DNA from: a virus
Lineage: Duplodnaviria > Caudoviricetes
IMG/VR virus record: IMGVR_UViG_3300017913_000476
Location: 1 to 51,736 of that record
DNA: 51,736 nt
Direction: 5' to 3' (one strand)
Of this stretch, positions 26,385-35,500 are shown one piece after another. Below the pieces are notes generated by a model. It did no database searches and was not told the origin of the DNA. It was given only the letters and a program-made list of their open reading frames with translations. Made by a program: the position numbers and the translations under genes. Each line of letters starts with the position of its first letter. Positions within the stretch are counted from its first letter, which is position 1.

Positions 26385-26745
26385 CTATAATCTCCAGTGC
26401 GTCAGAGACTGAACGGGCAACAGCAACAGAACAACCGTCATCCGTCAGTCTCTTATGTAAATCTATTTGCGCTGGAGAAAGCCTTCCTGTTGTAGTCTTT
26501 ATCTCAAGGCCGTAGTAAGCCCCCTGATAAATAAGCTGGATGTCAGGCCACCCAGCCTGAAGTCCAGCTTTTTTTAGTTTAGCACCTCTGACCCTGCCAC
26601 CGCCACCAGCAGGAAAGGCTGTGAACAAAACTTTTTTCTTCAGCTTCTTGCGAAGCATCTCTACAATCTCGACTTGAAGAGTGTGTTCAGGCTCACGCCT
26701 GACCGTTCTTCTACGAGGTTTGTTCACTTTACGTTCTGTCGCCAT
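26317..26745 (-). CDS. VRR-NUC nuclease (putative resolvase)
   Basis: EH.LQ...GL.AGWPD...LEIKT..GRLSPAQ. Confidence 0.85.
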   Translation of the reverse strand: MATERKVNKPRRRTVRREPEHTLQVEIVEMLRKKLKKKVLFTAFPAGGGGRVRGAKLKKAGLQAGWPDIQLIYQGAYYGLEIKTTTGRLSPAQIDLHKRLTDDGCSVAVARSVSDALEIIVDWGLARKHKQNVESRSTASVA

Positions 26746-26786
26746 GTTAAAAATGTTAATATAATTATGTTAATTTGTGAATCGTG

Positions 26787-26815
26787 TTGACAGAAGCGGC
26801 TACCTGTGGCACATT
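26787..26815 (+). promoter_or_regulatory. promoter TTGACA-N17-CACATT, likely leaderless transcript
   Basis: ATG at 26822 lies 7 nt after the -10 and has no SD. Confidence 0.55.
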
Positions 26816-26821
26816 CTTGGT

Positions 26822-27679
26822 ATGAAACTTAGTAAAGAAGTATTACCCGAATCCGTCAGGCGGTATCTTCAGTCAGAGAATTATGACGCTGGCTCAATAC
26901 CAACCGACATCAGTGCAACCAGACTTAAGGACAGTCCGAGGGTCAATAGGTTGCAGAAAATGCACTACAAAGAAATCAAGCCTGACTACCTCAAGCGTGG
27001 CTTTGCCAAGCTGGGTGAGGCGTGGCATGGGTACATGGAACAGTACGCCCCAGAGGATTGGGTGTGTGAACAAAGGTTCTATGCATCGGCTGGTGACAAG
27101 TTAATCTCTGGTGCAATCGATGCCCTTGAGCCACACGATGGTGGCTACAACATCTGGGACTACAAGGTGATGACATCTTACAAAGCCCAGACAGAACTAA
27201 AAGAGTTTGAGGCACAGCTTAACATATATGCGTACATCCTCAGGCAGAATGACATGGAACCCAAGGGACTCTATATTAGTGGACTGATAAGGGACTGGTC
27301 TGACAAGCGTGTCACTGGCACATACCCAGACACAATGTTCCCTGTATTTGAGTTGCCCTTGTGGTCAAAAGCACAAGCGGAGAACTACGTCCATGAAAGA
27401 ATACAACATCACTTTACCGAAGACCTTCCCCTCTGCACAGACGAAGAACGCTGGATGTCGAGTCCAAAATTTGCAGTCGTATCTCAGAAAACTGGGAAGG
27501 CCTTACGAGTTTTTGACACCGAAGAACAAGCCCTTGAGTTCCAAACCAAGGCACCCGTCAGTATAGAAAAGAGGAAGGCAGAACCTATTAGGTGTCAGAG
27601 GTTCTGTGAAGTGGCTGAGTTCTGTGACCAGTACCAGTCTGAACTATTTACTGAAGAGGTGCTAGGCGATGGGAAGTAA
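26822..27679 (+). CDS. PD-(D/E)xK (Cas4/RecB-like) exonuclease
   Basis: G...H, E.R, ISGAID, DYK, QLNIY, C..FC.V..FC. Confidence 0.85.
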   Translation: MKLSKEVLPESVRRYLQSENYDAGSIPTDISATRLKDSPRVNRLQKMHYKEIKPDYLKRGFAKLGEAWHGYMEQYAPEDWVCEQRFYASAGDKLISGAIDALEPHDGGYNIWDYKVMTSYKAQTELKEFEAQLNIYAYILRQNDMEPKGLYISGLIRDWSDKRVTGTYPDTMFPVFELPLWSKAQAENYVHERIQHHFTEDLPLCTDEERWMSSPKFAVVSQKTGKALRVFDTEEQALEFQTKAPVSIEKRKAEPIRCQRFCEVAEFCDQYQSELFTEEVLGDGK

Positions 27680-28319
27680 GATTGAAGATATCCAGAAAAA
27701 GATATCGAAGGCAACTGAAGGCAAGGTAGATATTCGCGGCAAGGATTATTCTACCGTTCCCTTGCGTGTAGAACTGTTCCGCCGTGACATGGAAGCAACA
27801 GACATTGAGTCGTTAGCCTCTGTGTTTACCAAGGTTCAGTTCCTTAAAGATAAGGTTGTGACACGGGCTTACCTCGCAGAAGAAATAGATGTCATCTTTA
27901 CTGAAGAAGGTAAAGAGATTGTGCAGATGAAGAATGTAAAGTCTGTCGGCACATCAGAAGAAAACCGTGACGCACACCGCATTAATCAGACAAGCGCAGT
28001 AGAGAATAGTGAGACGAGTGCGATTGGGCGTATGCTTGCCGTACTTGGACTGCATGGTGGGCAGATGGCATCTGTCGAAGAGATTGAGAATGCCGTTAAC
28101 ACCGAAAAGGTAGTGGATTTACTGCCAAAAAATATGAACACAGATAAGTTTCTGCGACTTGCTAGTGAATGCAATTCCGTGGGGGCTATCAACAAACTTC
28201 TTGTAACCCACTCAAAGTTTTTTGATAGGTTGCAAGACGAAGACGAGACAGCATTCAAACAACTGAAAGAAGCTGTCTCTGAAATGAGGAAGAGTCTGCC
28301 AAAAACAGGAGAAATCTAA
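27669..28319 (+). CDS. putative single-strand annealing protein (Rad52/Sak-like)
   Basis: GKDY..V..RV..F...INQTSAVENSETSAIGR.LA.LG; between exonuclease and SSB. Confidence 0.7.
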   Translation: MGSKIEDIQKKISKATEGKVDIRGKDYSTVPLRVELFRRDMEATDIESLASVFTKVQFLKDKVVTRAYLAEEIDVIFTEEGKEIVQMKNVKSVGTSEENRDAHRINQTSAVENSETSAIGRMLAVLGLHGGQMASVEEIENAVNTEKVVDLLPKNMNTDKFLRLASECNSVGAINKLLVTHSKFFDRLQDEDETAFKQLKEAVSEMRKSLPKTGEI

Positions 28320-28576
28320 TGGCTGAGTATGACAATAACTTGCGTGGTGCCTTGTTCCGCAACGAGAAGAAGGAAAAAGAAACCCAGCCAGACTACACTG
28401 GCAACGTAGAGGTTGAGGGTACTAAATATAATATGGCTGGATGGATGCGTGATGCTAAATCTGGCAAGAAGTATATGAGTATCTCACTCTCTATTCCTGA
28501 ACCAAAGCATTCTGCGGCACCAGTATCTGCACCATCGCAGACTAGCCAGTCAATGGATGATGAGATTCCGTTCTAG
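28319..28576 (+). CDS. ssDNA-binding protein (DUF736-like)
   Basis: PDYTG...AGW...GKKY.S.S; acidic tail DDEIPF. Confidence 0.8.
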   Translation: MAEYDNNLRGALFRNEKKEKETQPDYTGNVEVEGTKYNMAGWMRDAKSGKKYMSISLSIPEPKHSAAPVSAPSQTSQSMDDEIPF

Positions 28577-28871
28577 CAAGGTTCGTTCCCCGAAGCATCT
28601 GAACAGGGTAAGGCAACTTCCCTGTTTGGTTTGCTCTTCACCACCCCCGTGTCATGCACATCACATACAGTTTGCAGAACACAGAGGGGTTGGCCAGAAG
28701 GTTGGAGACCAGTGGGTTGTTCCCCTTTGCGGTGGGTGCCATCACACACTTCATACAACGAAGGAAGGTGAACGATTGTTCTGGGTGTTCGAGGGGATTG
28801 ACAGCATAAAGGTTGCTGAAGATTTGTGGAGACAAACAGGTGAAGCAAGTAGCGAACACAAAGACGTATAA
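28557..28871 (+). CDS. DUF968-like HNH-related Zn protein
   Basis: LPCLVC...HAHH...D...VPLCGGCH. Confidence 0.75.
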   Translation: MMRFRSSKVRSPKHLNRVRQLPCLVCSSPPPCHAHHIQFAEHRGVGQKVGDQWVVPLCGGCHHTLHTTKEGERLFWVFEGIDSIKVAEDLWRQTGEASSEHKDV

Positions 28872-29016
28872 TCTCAGACTGCCACATCATGAGTATCAGG
28901 TCTTGGCGAAGATATCCCATGACCAGACAAAACAGCAGGGCAAGTTTATCTCTGTCGCGGAACTTATACGGGATGCGTACAGGGCGCAATACTACGAGGA
29001 ACTTGATGAGGCCTGA
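28840..29016 (+). CDS. ribbon-helix-helix-like DNA-binding protein
   Basis: YNLRLP...SVAELIRDA; GTG after GGAG. Confidence 0.6.
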   Translation: MKQVANTKTYNLRLPHHEYQVLAKISHDQTKQQGKFISVAELIRDAYRAQYYEELDEA

Positions 29017-29266
29017 TGGTTCTTACATAAAGCAGACCTACCCAGACAATGCATTCTATCTGGTTAAGATGCTTATTGATGAGATGAATAACCAGCAGAT
29101 TACAGCAAGGGATATGTGTAAGAGAGTTGGTATCACTGACCCGTCAATGATTACCAAGTGGAAACACAAACGTAGGCCAAACTTAGATAACCTCAGGGCA
29201 TGCTTTAATGTTCTGGGTCTAGACCTTACAGTTAAGAGGATTAAGGATGAAGCCAGTACCCCGTGA
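29006..29266 (+). CDS. XRE-family HTH transcription regulator
   Basis: QITARDMCKRVGI...ITKW....RPNL..L...LGL. Confidence 0.7.
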   Translation: MRPDGSYIKQTYPDNAFYLVKMLIDEMNNQQITARDMCKRVGITDPSMITKWKHKRRPNLDNLRACFNVLGLDLTVKRIKDEASTP

Positions 29267-29735
29267 AGCGTACACAACTGTCAGTGGTTTCGAGGCAAAG
29301 AAGCATGCCATCCGTCAAACGACAGATGGTTTGTGGCAACTTACCCTGACAGTTCATGAGTTTGGAAACGCGGACTGGCTGGTCTTTGCACCTATGGGTA
29401 CTCCTCTTGCTGTTGGGTTAAAAGCTATGGATTATGACAATCCAGAACAGCCGACAGAAGAAGACCCCAGAAAGAAATACATACAGCGTTCAGTGATGAT
29501 GTGTAAGAACGAGAAGTTTCAAAGGTACTTTGAACAACGCGCATCAGAGGAAGGCTTCTATGATTGGGGTGTAGGTGAAGCAGAAGTGGAGACTACCAAT
29601 GCCCTTAGAACTTTTCTTGGTATCAGTTCTCGCAGTGAGTTGGCTCATGTGGACAGGGACGATGTAAGGTTCCAAATGGACGAACTCGTCAAGGACTTTA
29701 AGAGTTGGATAGCACAAACCGGGAACACCGGATAA
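29247..29735 (+). CDS. hypothetical protein
   Basis: FEAKK.AIRQ..DG...LR..LGI.SRSEL. Confidence 0.7.
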   Translation: MKPVPREAYTTVSGFEAKKHAIRQTTDGLWQLTLTVHEFGNADWLVFAPMGTPLAVGLKAMDYDNPEQPTEEDPRKKYIQRSVMMCKNEKFQRYFEQRASEEGFYDWGVGEAEVETTNALRTFLGISSRSELAHVDRDDVRFQMDELVKDFKSWIAQTGNTG

Positions 29736-29770
29736 AAAACTTTCAACATTAACTAGTCAGTGGTAATAAA

Positions 29771-30607
29771 ATGCAAGTGTCAGAAGTGTTGCATGAGTAT
29801 ACAAAGGAACTCATGCACAGAAAAACATCCCCCAGCAACATGATGAAACACTACAGTGTAGTTAGAACCATTCTAAACTACATGGGTGACATCAGCCATG
29901 AACGAGTCAATCGGGTCTCTGTGAGGGAGTATATGAACAATCGCCGTGTCAAACCACAGACAGCTTCGCGAGAGATGGCTGTTTTGAGGGCGGCATTGCA
30001 CTTCTGTAGCGATGAGGAGTTGATTGACTGGAAGCCATTCAAGTTTGATGTGGTCAAGGCAAAGCCAAGAGAAAGGTTTCTGTCTCAGGAAGAGATAGCC
30101 TCGCTGTTGTCTAACTGCAACGGACACCTGAAGCTATGGACAATGATAGCCCTGTCAACTGCGGCAAGAAGCGGCGCAATACTTGGGCTGAAGTGTGACC
30201 GTGTCAACTTCAATGATAATATCATAGACTTCAGGGATGTTGACGTAGAGGGAAGGCAGAAACCTCGCTCTGTTATACGCATGCCCGAACAATTAAGACC
30301 ACACCTTGAATGTGCGGTGTCTAAGTCTGTGTCTGGTTACGTCATTGAGAAGAATGGACAGCCATTGACCAGCATATATAAAGAGTTTAAGTCAGCAGGT
30401 GCGCGTGCGGGCTTGCAAGATGTATCTCCGCACACACTCAGGCATACATGTGCAGTGCATATGGTGAAGAATGGGGTGCCTATTTACGAGGTGTCTAAGT
30501 ATCTTGGACATGAATCCGTACAGACAACAGAGACACACTACGCAAAGTTCGCACCAGACTTTATGCAGAAGTCATCTGCAATAGGGTCAATGCTTATACA
30601 GGAATAG
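29771..30607 (+). CDS. tyrosine recombinase/integrase
   Basis: TAARSG (catalytic R), HTLRHT, LGH, catalytic Y in TETHY. Confidence 0.92.
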   Translation: MQVSEVLHEYTKELMHRKTSPSNMMKHYSVVRTILNYMGDISHERVNRVSVREYMNNRRVKPQTASREMAVLRAALHFCSDEELIDWKPFKFDVVKAKPRERFLSQEEIASLLSNCNGHLKLWTMIALSTAARSGAILGLKCDRVNFNDNIIDFRDVDVEGRQKPRSVIRMPEQLRPHLECAVSKSVSGYVIEKNGQPLTSIYKEFKSAGARAGLQDVSPHTLRHTCAVHMVKNGVPIYEVSKYLGHESVQTTETHYAKFAPDFMQKSSAIGSMLIQE

Positions 30608-31046
30608 ACAGCTTAAGGAAGCGGTCAGATATTCTCTGTGCGCGATTGGGTGTCTGCTTCGCCCATCTGGAGTCCAAAATTTCTGTGGCTACGGAGTCCC
30701 ATGCCCCGTCTTCCGCAAACGCAATCGTCTTTTTGAACTGACTCAATCTTGGCCTCCCAAGTTGAAAGCACATGTTCGCAAAACACCTCTGCGCTTCTTC
30801 TGGATAGTTCTCCCACCCTTTGAATATAAGTGTGCAATCTGCAATGCATGTCGCTACGTCCTGTTCAAATACTTCTTTAACACGGGCAAATGATACGGTT
30901 GTCCCCAAGTCTTTTCCAAACTCAGGGTCACCCCTCACTATAAGATGTCCGATGCCGAATGTTGGATGACCTTCCGAACAAAGGTAAATCTCTTCCTTGC
31001 ATCCTTCGTCAATGGTTAACTCTTCCATGAGTAATTCGATGTTCAT
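30594..31046 (-). CDS. endolysin, GH24/T4-like lysozyme
   Basis: DEG....YLCSEGHPTFGIGH...DSRWAKQTPNRA; start after AAGGAG. Confidence 0.9.
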   Translation of the reverse strand: MNIELLMEELTIDEGCKEEIYLCSEGHPTFGIGHLIVRGDPEFGKDLGTTVSFARVKEVFEQDVATCIADCTLIFKGWENYPEEAQRCFANMCFQLGRPRLSQFKKTIAFAEDGAWDSVATEILDSRWAKQTPNRAQRISDRFLKLSIPV

Positions 31047-31134
31047 TGTCTGTCTCCTTACGACAGGTGATTTGTAGGGTAATTTTCTAGGCCTGTTTCT
31101 GAGCCGATTAAAATCAAAATATCTTTTCTTTATA

Positions 31135-31344
31135 CTATTTTCCCCTAGCTTCACGACCCAAGTAAAGTCCGTATATACCAGTCATGACACCCATAATAAC
31201 AGATACAAACGCTGACTGTGCAGTTGTCGGGTCTTCAAGCCCCATAAACCACTCAGCACATCTCCAACTCATAGCAACAGATGCAACCATAGTCAGCTTT
31301 GCAGTGACGTTTATCTTTAGATATTTATTAAACCAATCAGTCAT
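31135..31344 (-). CDS. small 2-TM holin-like protein
   Basis: Two hydrophobic helices; next to lysozyme. Confidence 0.6.
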   Translation of the reverse strand: MTDWFNKYLKINVTAKLTMVASVAMSWRCAEWFMGLEDPTTAQSAFVSVIMGVMTGIYGLYLGREARGK

Positions 31345-31730
31345 CTCTTCTTACCAAAGAACTTTGTAGCTGACCGAACCGCAAATGACGCCGATACAAT
31401 AACTCCCAAGGTATACTGATAATACTCAGGCATGGCTTCCAACGCGGCAAACCCGTTAGCTACTATCTCTCTACCCCAGTCGCCGCAGAAGGCCAATATA
31501 AGTGGAATACTAAAAAGTACGGTAAGCCATTCGTCCTTCCATGAATTGACTGAACCTTGTGCCATAACCTTTTCCCAGCTTGCCTCGCTGGTGGCGGCTA
31601 CCTTCATAATCTCTGCTTCGGCTTCGGCCTTTGCAATCTTTGTCTTGGCAACAGCGGCTTTCTCTTCGGCCTTTCCCTTTAGCCAAGAGCCAGCTAGGTC
31701 ACCTACTATAGGTAATATAGCCTGTATCAT
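31341..31730 (-). CDS. holin-like protein (GTA 3TM-type)
   Basis: SWKDEW plus TM helices; lysis cluster. Confidence 0.65.
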   Translation of the reverse strand: MIQAILPIVGDLAGSWLKGKAEEKAAVAKTKIAKAEAEAEIMKVAATSEASWEKVMAQGSVNSWKDEWLTVLFSIPLILAFCGDWGREIVANGFAALEAMPEYYQYTLGVIVSASFAVRSATKFFGKKR

Positions 31731-31927
31731 TTTTCTATTAACTCCAATATATTTCCGTCTTCCATTCTAACCTTCATCTCTTTGCACGACCATTTTTCGT
31801 CAGAGCCAGTATGTCGTTTGATTTTTCTTCTTGTGGACAGGCATGAAGATAAGGACTCATAGGGTGTGTATTCTATTTTTTCCCCACTAACTGTCAGAAG
31901 TAAAACAAATGTTAACTCAACCACCAT
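31727..31927 (-). CDS. hypothetical protein
   Basis: Coupled ORF. Confidence 0.6.
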   Translation of the reverse strand: MVVELTFVLLLTVSGEKIEYTPYESLSSCLSTRRKIKRHTGSDEKWSCKEMKVRMEDGNILELIEK

Positions 31928-32321
31928 TTCTCATCTTCTCTATATTTTCTTCTATGGTTGTTATGCGCTTTTCAAAAAAGTCTAGCGTCAACTTTTGCTG
32001 TTGGTCGTATGGTGCTTGACCATTTTCTATTTGGCTCTGTAATTTTTCCAACTCACCAGCCAAGTGTTCTATCAACATGAACTGTTCAGAGTCCGCTGGC
32101 AGACTACCCATCTCACCGCGAGGCCACTTTATTCTAAAATCTGTGTTTTGTTCTAAGTCAGACTTCATCATGGTCTGATTTGTTTCTAGTGTGTTTAGTC
32201 TTTCTATAAGACCAAAGTAAGCCCACGTTGCTAGGCTTGCCGCCGCTACCATACTGACAATGTTTCTAAGTGGTAATGCTACCTCTGTATTCTCACTTAT
32301 CTTGGCTGGCCTTGGACTCAT
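31917..32321 (-). CDS. membrane-anchored coiled-coil protein
   Basis: N-terminal TM; FRIKWPRGEMGSLPAD..Q.MLIE. Confidence 0.65.
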   Translation of the reverse strand: MSPRPAKISENTEVALPLRNIVSMVAAASLATWAYFGLIERLNTLETNQTMMKSDLEQNTDFRIKWPRGEMGSLPADSEQFMLIEHLAGELEKLQSQIENGQAPYDQQQKLTLDFFEKRITTIEENIEKMRNGG

Positions 32322-32524
32322 GTAAACTCACCGTTACTACCTCTGCCACACCTTGAACCCCGTATTTTTGATAACGGTATCTCCCTAACAATATGACTAG
32401 ACATTTCTTCTATGCGCCTTTGACAGGCTTCCACACTTTTATATGGGCCGTATGTATCTTCAGCGACTAAACACTGTGGTCCAGTGACCGACATCCAACA
32501 GAACAAAAGGGATGCGTAAAACAT
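32318..32524 (-). CDS. small Cys-containing hypothetical protein
   Basis: TAATG/ATGA coupling. Confidence 0.6.
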   Translation of the reverse strand: MFYASLLFCWMSVTGPQCLVAEDTYGPYKSVEACQRRIEEMSSHIVREIPLSKIRGSRCGRGSNGEFT

Positions 32525-35500
32525 TATCCATCCCTCCGTATTCTCTTTTTCAGCCTACCCATGTCAGCAACGACACGATTGCGTTGTTTGATAAGTCTAT
32601 TAATAAGAGTTCGCTTTTCTGTAGGGGTTCTGCCGCTTGAACGAACACCAGATATTTGGTCGTTAATGGTGTTTAGTATTTCATACTTAGCATTTAGCTG
32701 AGAACGAACAGAGACAAGGTTCATGTTGTCTCTTTCTAAATCCCTAGCCTCCTCATAGTTGCCTTCCTCGCGCAGTCTGTTAATACCGCGAACAACCTCA
32801 TCAGCCTCACGCTTCATCTCGTAGAAGTCAGTCATGTACTGATTGGCTGGGTCTACATCCTGTGGTTTCACAAATCTTTGTAAGCCCAAGAAGTTTGCAA
32901 AGTCTGCTGGAAGGCTGTCGCCAAAGATGCCAGCGGGTTTCTCTGGGACTGTTCCAAACATGCCAAGGATGGAATCCATGCCAGCATAGAGGTATGAACC
33001 CATTGAACCAATGTAACCATTGATAAGCTGTTCAACCTCAATAGGACTGATGCCAACATACTTACTAATCTGACCAATCATCTTGGCAAACTCTGATGTA
33101 TTAGAGTATGCCCGTTGTCCCGTAGGCAATCCGCGAACACCCATGCTTTCAACCTCACGACCACGGAAGAAGTCGTAGTTAGTTCCCACCTCAATGATTG
33201 GTTTGATAGCCTGAGGAATTGGGTTGAATGAAAAAGTATTCAGAAGAGTTTGCGTAACACCTTCCGCAACGTACTCGCCATCTTTCTTCCTTATCCCGTC
33301 AATGATAAGTTCTGGAATAGTGGAGAAGATTGCACCAATCTCAAACGGCTTTGGAAGCAGGAACTTCTTATCTCCAATGTAGAAGATGTAGTAGTTCAAC
33401 TTCCTGTGTATCGGTTCCTTATCCCACTCATCATGCTGAGATGCCGCCGCATAGTATGCCATAGACAATGCAAACATACCCATGCCCTTACGGATGGTAC
33501 TCTTTGCATCTGCTTCAACACCGAAGGCCGCGCCTGTTCTATACAAACCTTGAAGCCTTGCATTAAGGAAGGGAACAAGAGGCACAAGTGTGGCAAGTGT
33601 CATGCCAAGCGCATCGTTAGGGTTACCCTTGCGGCTATAGTTAATAAGGTTCAGTGCTTCATATGCCGCGTCAGCCTTAGACATTCCAGAGTCACGGAGT
33701 CTTCTGTAGATACCTTCCCTTGTCGCATTCTCAGTGGCCTCACCACCAGTGTTTACTGCATCAATAAGGTTGGCACCCTTGTCCAACGCATACTGCATCA
33801 TCGCCTCTAGCTTTCTGTCAGAGTCAATGATGTCGTAGCCTTGATGGCGGCGATAGAAACGCTTCATCTTCTTGGAGAAGTCTTTGTTATCCCCAAAGCT
33901 ATAACCACCGAAGCCAGCAAGCGTCTTCATTTCTTGTACTGTTTCGGTATCCTTTAGTGCATTCTTCAGGCCGATAGCACTGTCCACCATAGGGCGGAGA
34001 GGCGCATCGACAGTCACATATCCAGCCATGTCGCCACGAAGGAAGTTGGCAATCATGAACGGCGGTGTCATTGTGATGGCACTTCTAAAGAAGCGACCCA
34101 TTCCCTGCATGCCAGCGAAGATACCTTGCATCTGAACAGGTGTGAATGAACGCATGGCCTGAAGCAGTTCACCATCACTGCCGACATCGTAGAACATGGT
34201 CTTGCCGTTCTTGCGATATGTAATGTGGTTGTTGTTGTTTACCGCCTCGGATGATGTGATGTGTTTTGGCTGGTCAACCTCATCGTACATGCCGTTGCGC
34301 TTCATGTCTTCAGTCAGACTCACGATGCGCTGTGTTGCAAGGTTCTGATATCCAGCATTGACCAGTGCATTTACGTTCTTGTAGACGTTCTCATACAAGT
34401 CACCGATGTTCTGGTCACCGCCCTTGAGTTCAGAGATGGCAGACTTAATCTGTGCGTCTGGGTTATCGAAGGCAGATGTGGTTCCGTATGTACCTTTCTT
34501 GGCAGTCTTTAGCTGACCGAAGAAACCTTCAGTGTACAACTCGTCCTCAATAATTCTGTAGAACGGGACGTAGTCCGCAGTGCCTGTTAGCTTACGCTTT
34601 GTCTGTGCATCGATGGCACCAGTATCCACCATGAACTGCATGACCTTGTCATTAAAGGCCTTGTAGTTATTGAACACTCTTTCAAACTCAGGGTTCTGTG
34701 CGCCGTAGCTAAGACCCTCTTGTATGTCAGCCTCAGACATAAGGTTCTCTCTGCCCTCTGCCTTGAGTCTTCTTGCCCTCTGTGCATACACATACATCTG
34801 GAACTTGGCATACTTCTCACCAGTACCGATGGGTTCAAATATAGTGCGAAGTCCACCTATTGAGTTGTCAATGGTTATTTCACCTTCAGCACCCAGAACA
34901 GGCGGGCCATGTTCGATGAATTGTTGCATGCGTCCAGAACGCTGTTGTGCAAACTCAGATATCTTCATGGCACCTTCAGCAAATGGAAGATATCTTGCTA
35001 CACCATACTTAATTTTTGATAGCCGCCTCTCTCTTTCACCGAGGGGGCGAAGGCCGTGAACCGCTGAGTCAATAAACCTATTGAACTGCTGTTTACGTCC
35101 CTCTTTTGTAGTGAACGGGCGCAACACGTTAAAGAACTTGCGACCAGCATTATCCCGTGCTGGGTCAGCAAGTACACGCTTCATGCCTTCTGTTGTTCTG
35201 TAGTCCCTTCCGAGTCTAATTGACGCTTCCTGTCCGCCAGTTCGACCAGTGCCTTGACGAGATTGTCTGTCTGCTTGTCGGATAGATTCTCTGACAGAGT
35301 TAAATCTGCGTCCTCCGTCCACGGAGCGTATCCCTGTTTCGCCATTAATCAGTTCTCCATAACTGTCTTCATAAGATTGGTTGAGGCGTTCAGCCCCGTC
35401 ACCCATCTTCATCACCTTGTCATACAGGTCTTTCTCTGGATACCAGATAATAGCCTGAAGGTCTGCCGATGTGATATCTATTCCCTGTTCTTGAAGTATC

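Noticed and set aside
26744-26773. CtrA box (TTAA-N7-TTAA)
   Set aside because: The TTAA half-sites are spaced 5 and 10 nt, not 7
26822-27679. Cas4 as evidence of a CRISPR system
   Set aside because: No array or other cas genes; context (annealing protein, SSB) indicates a recombination exonuclease
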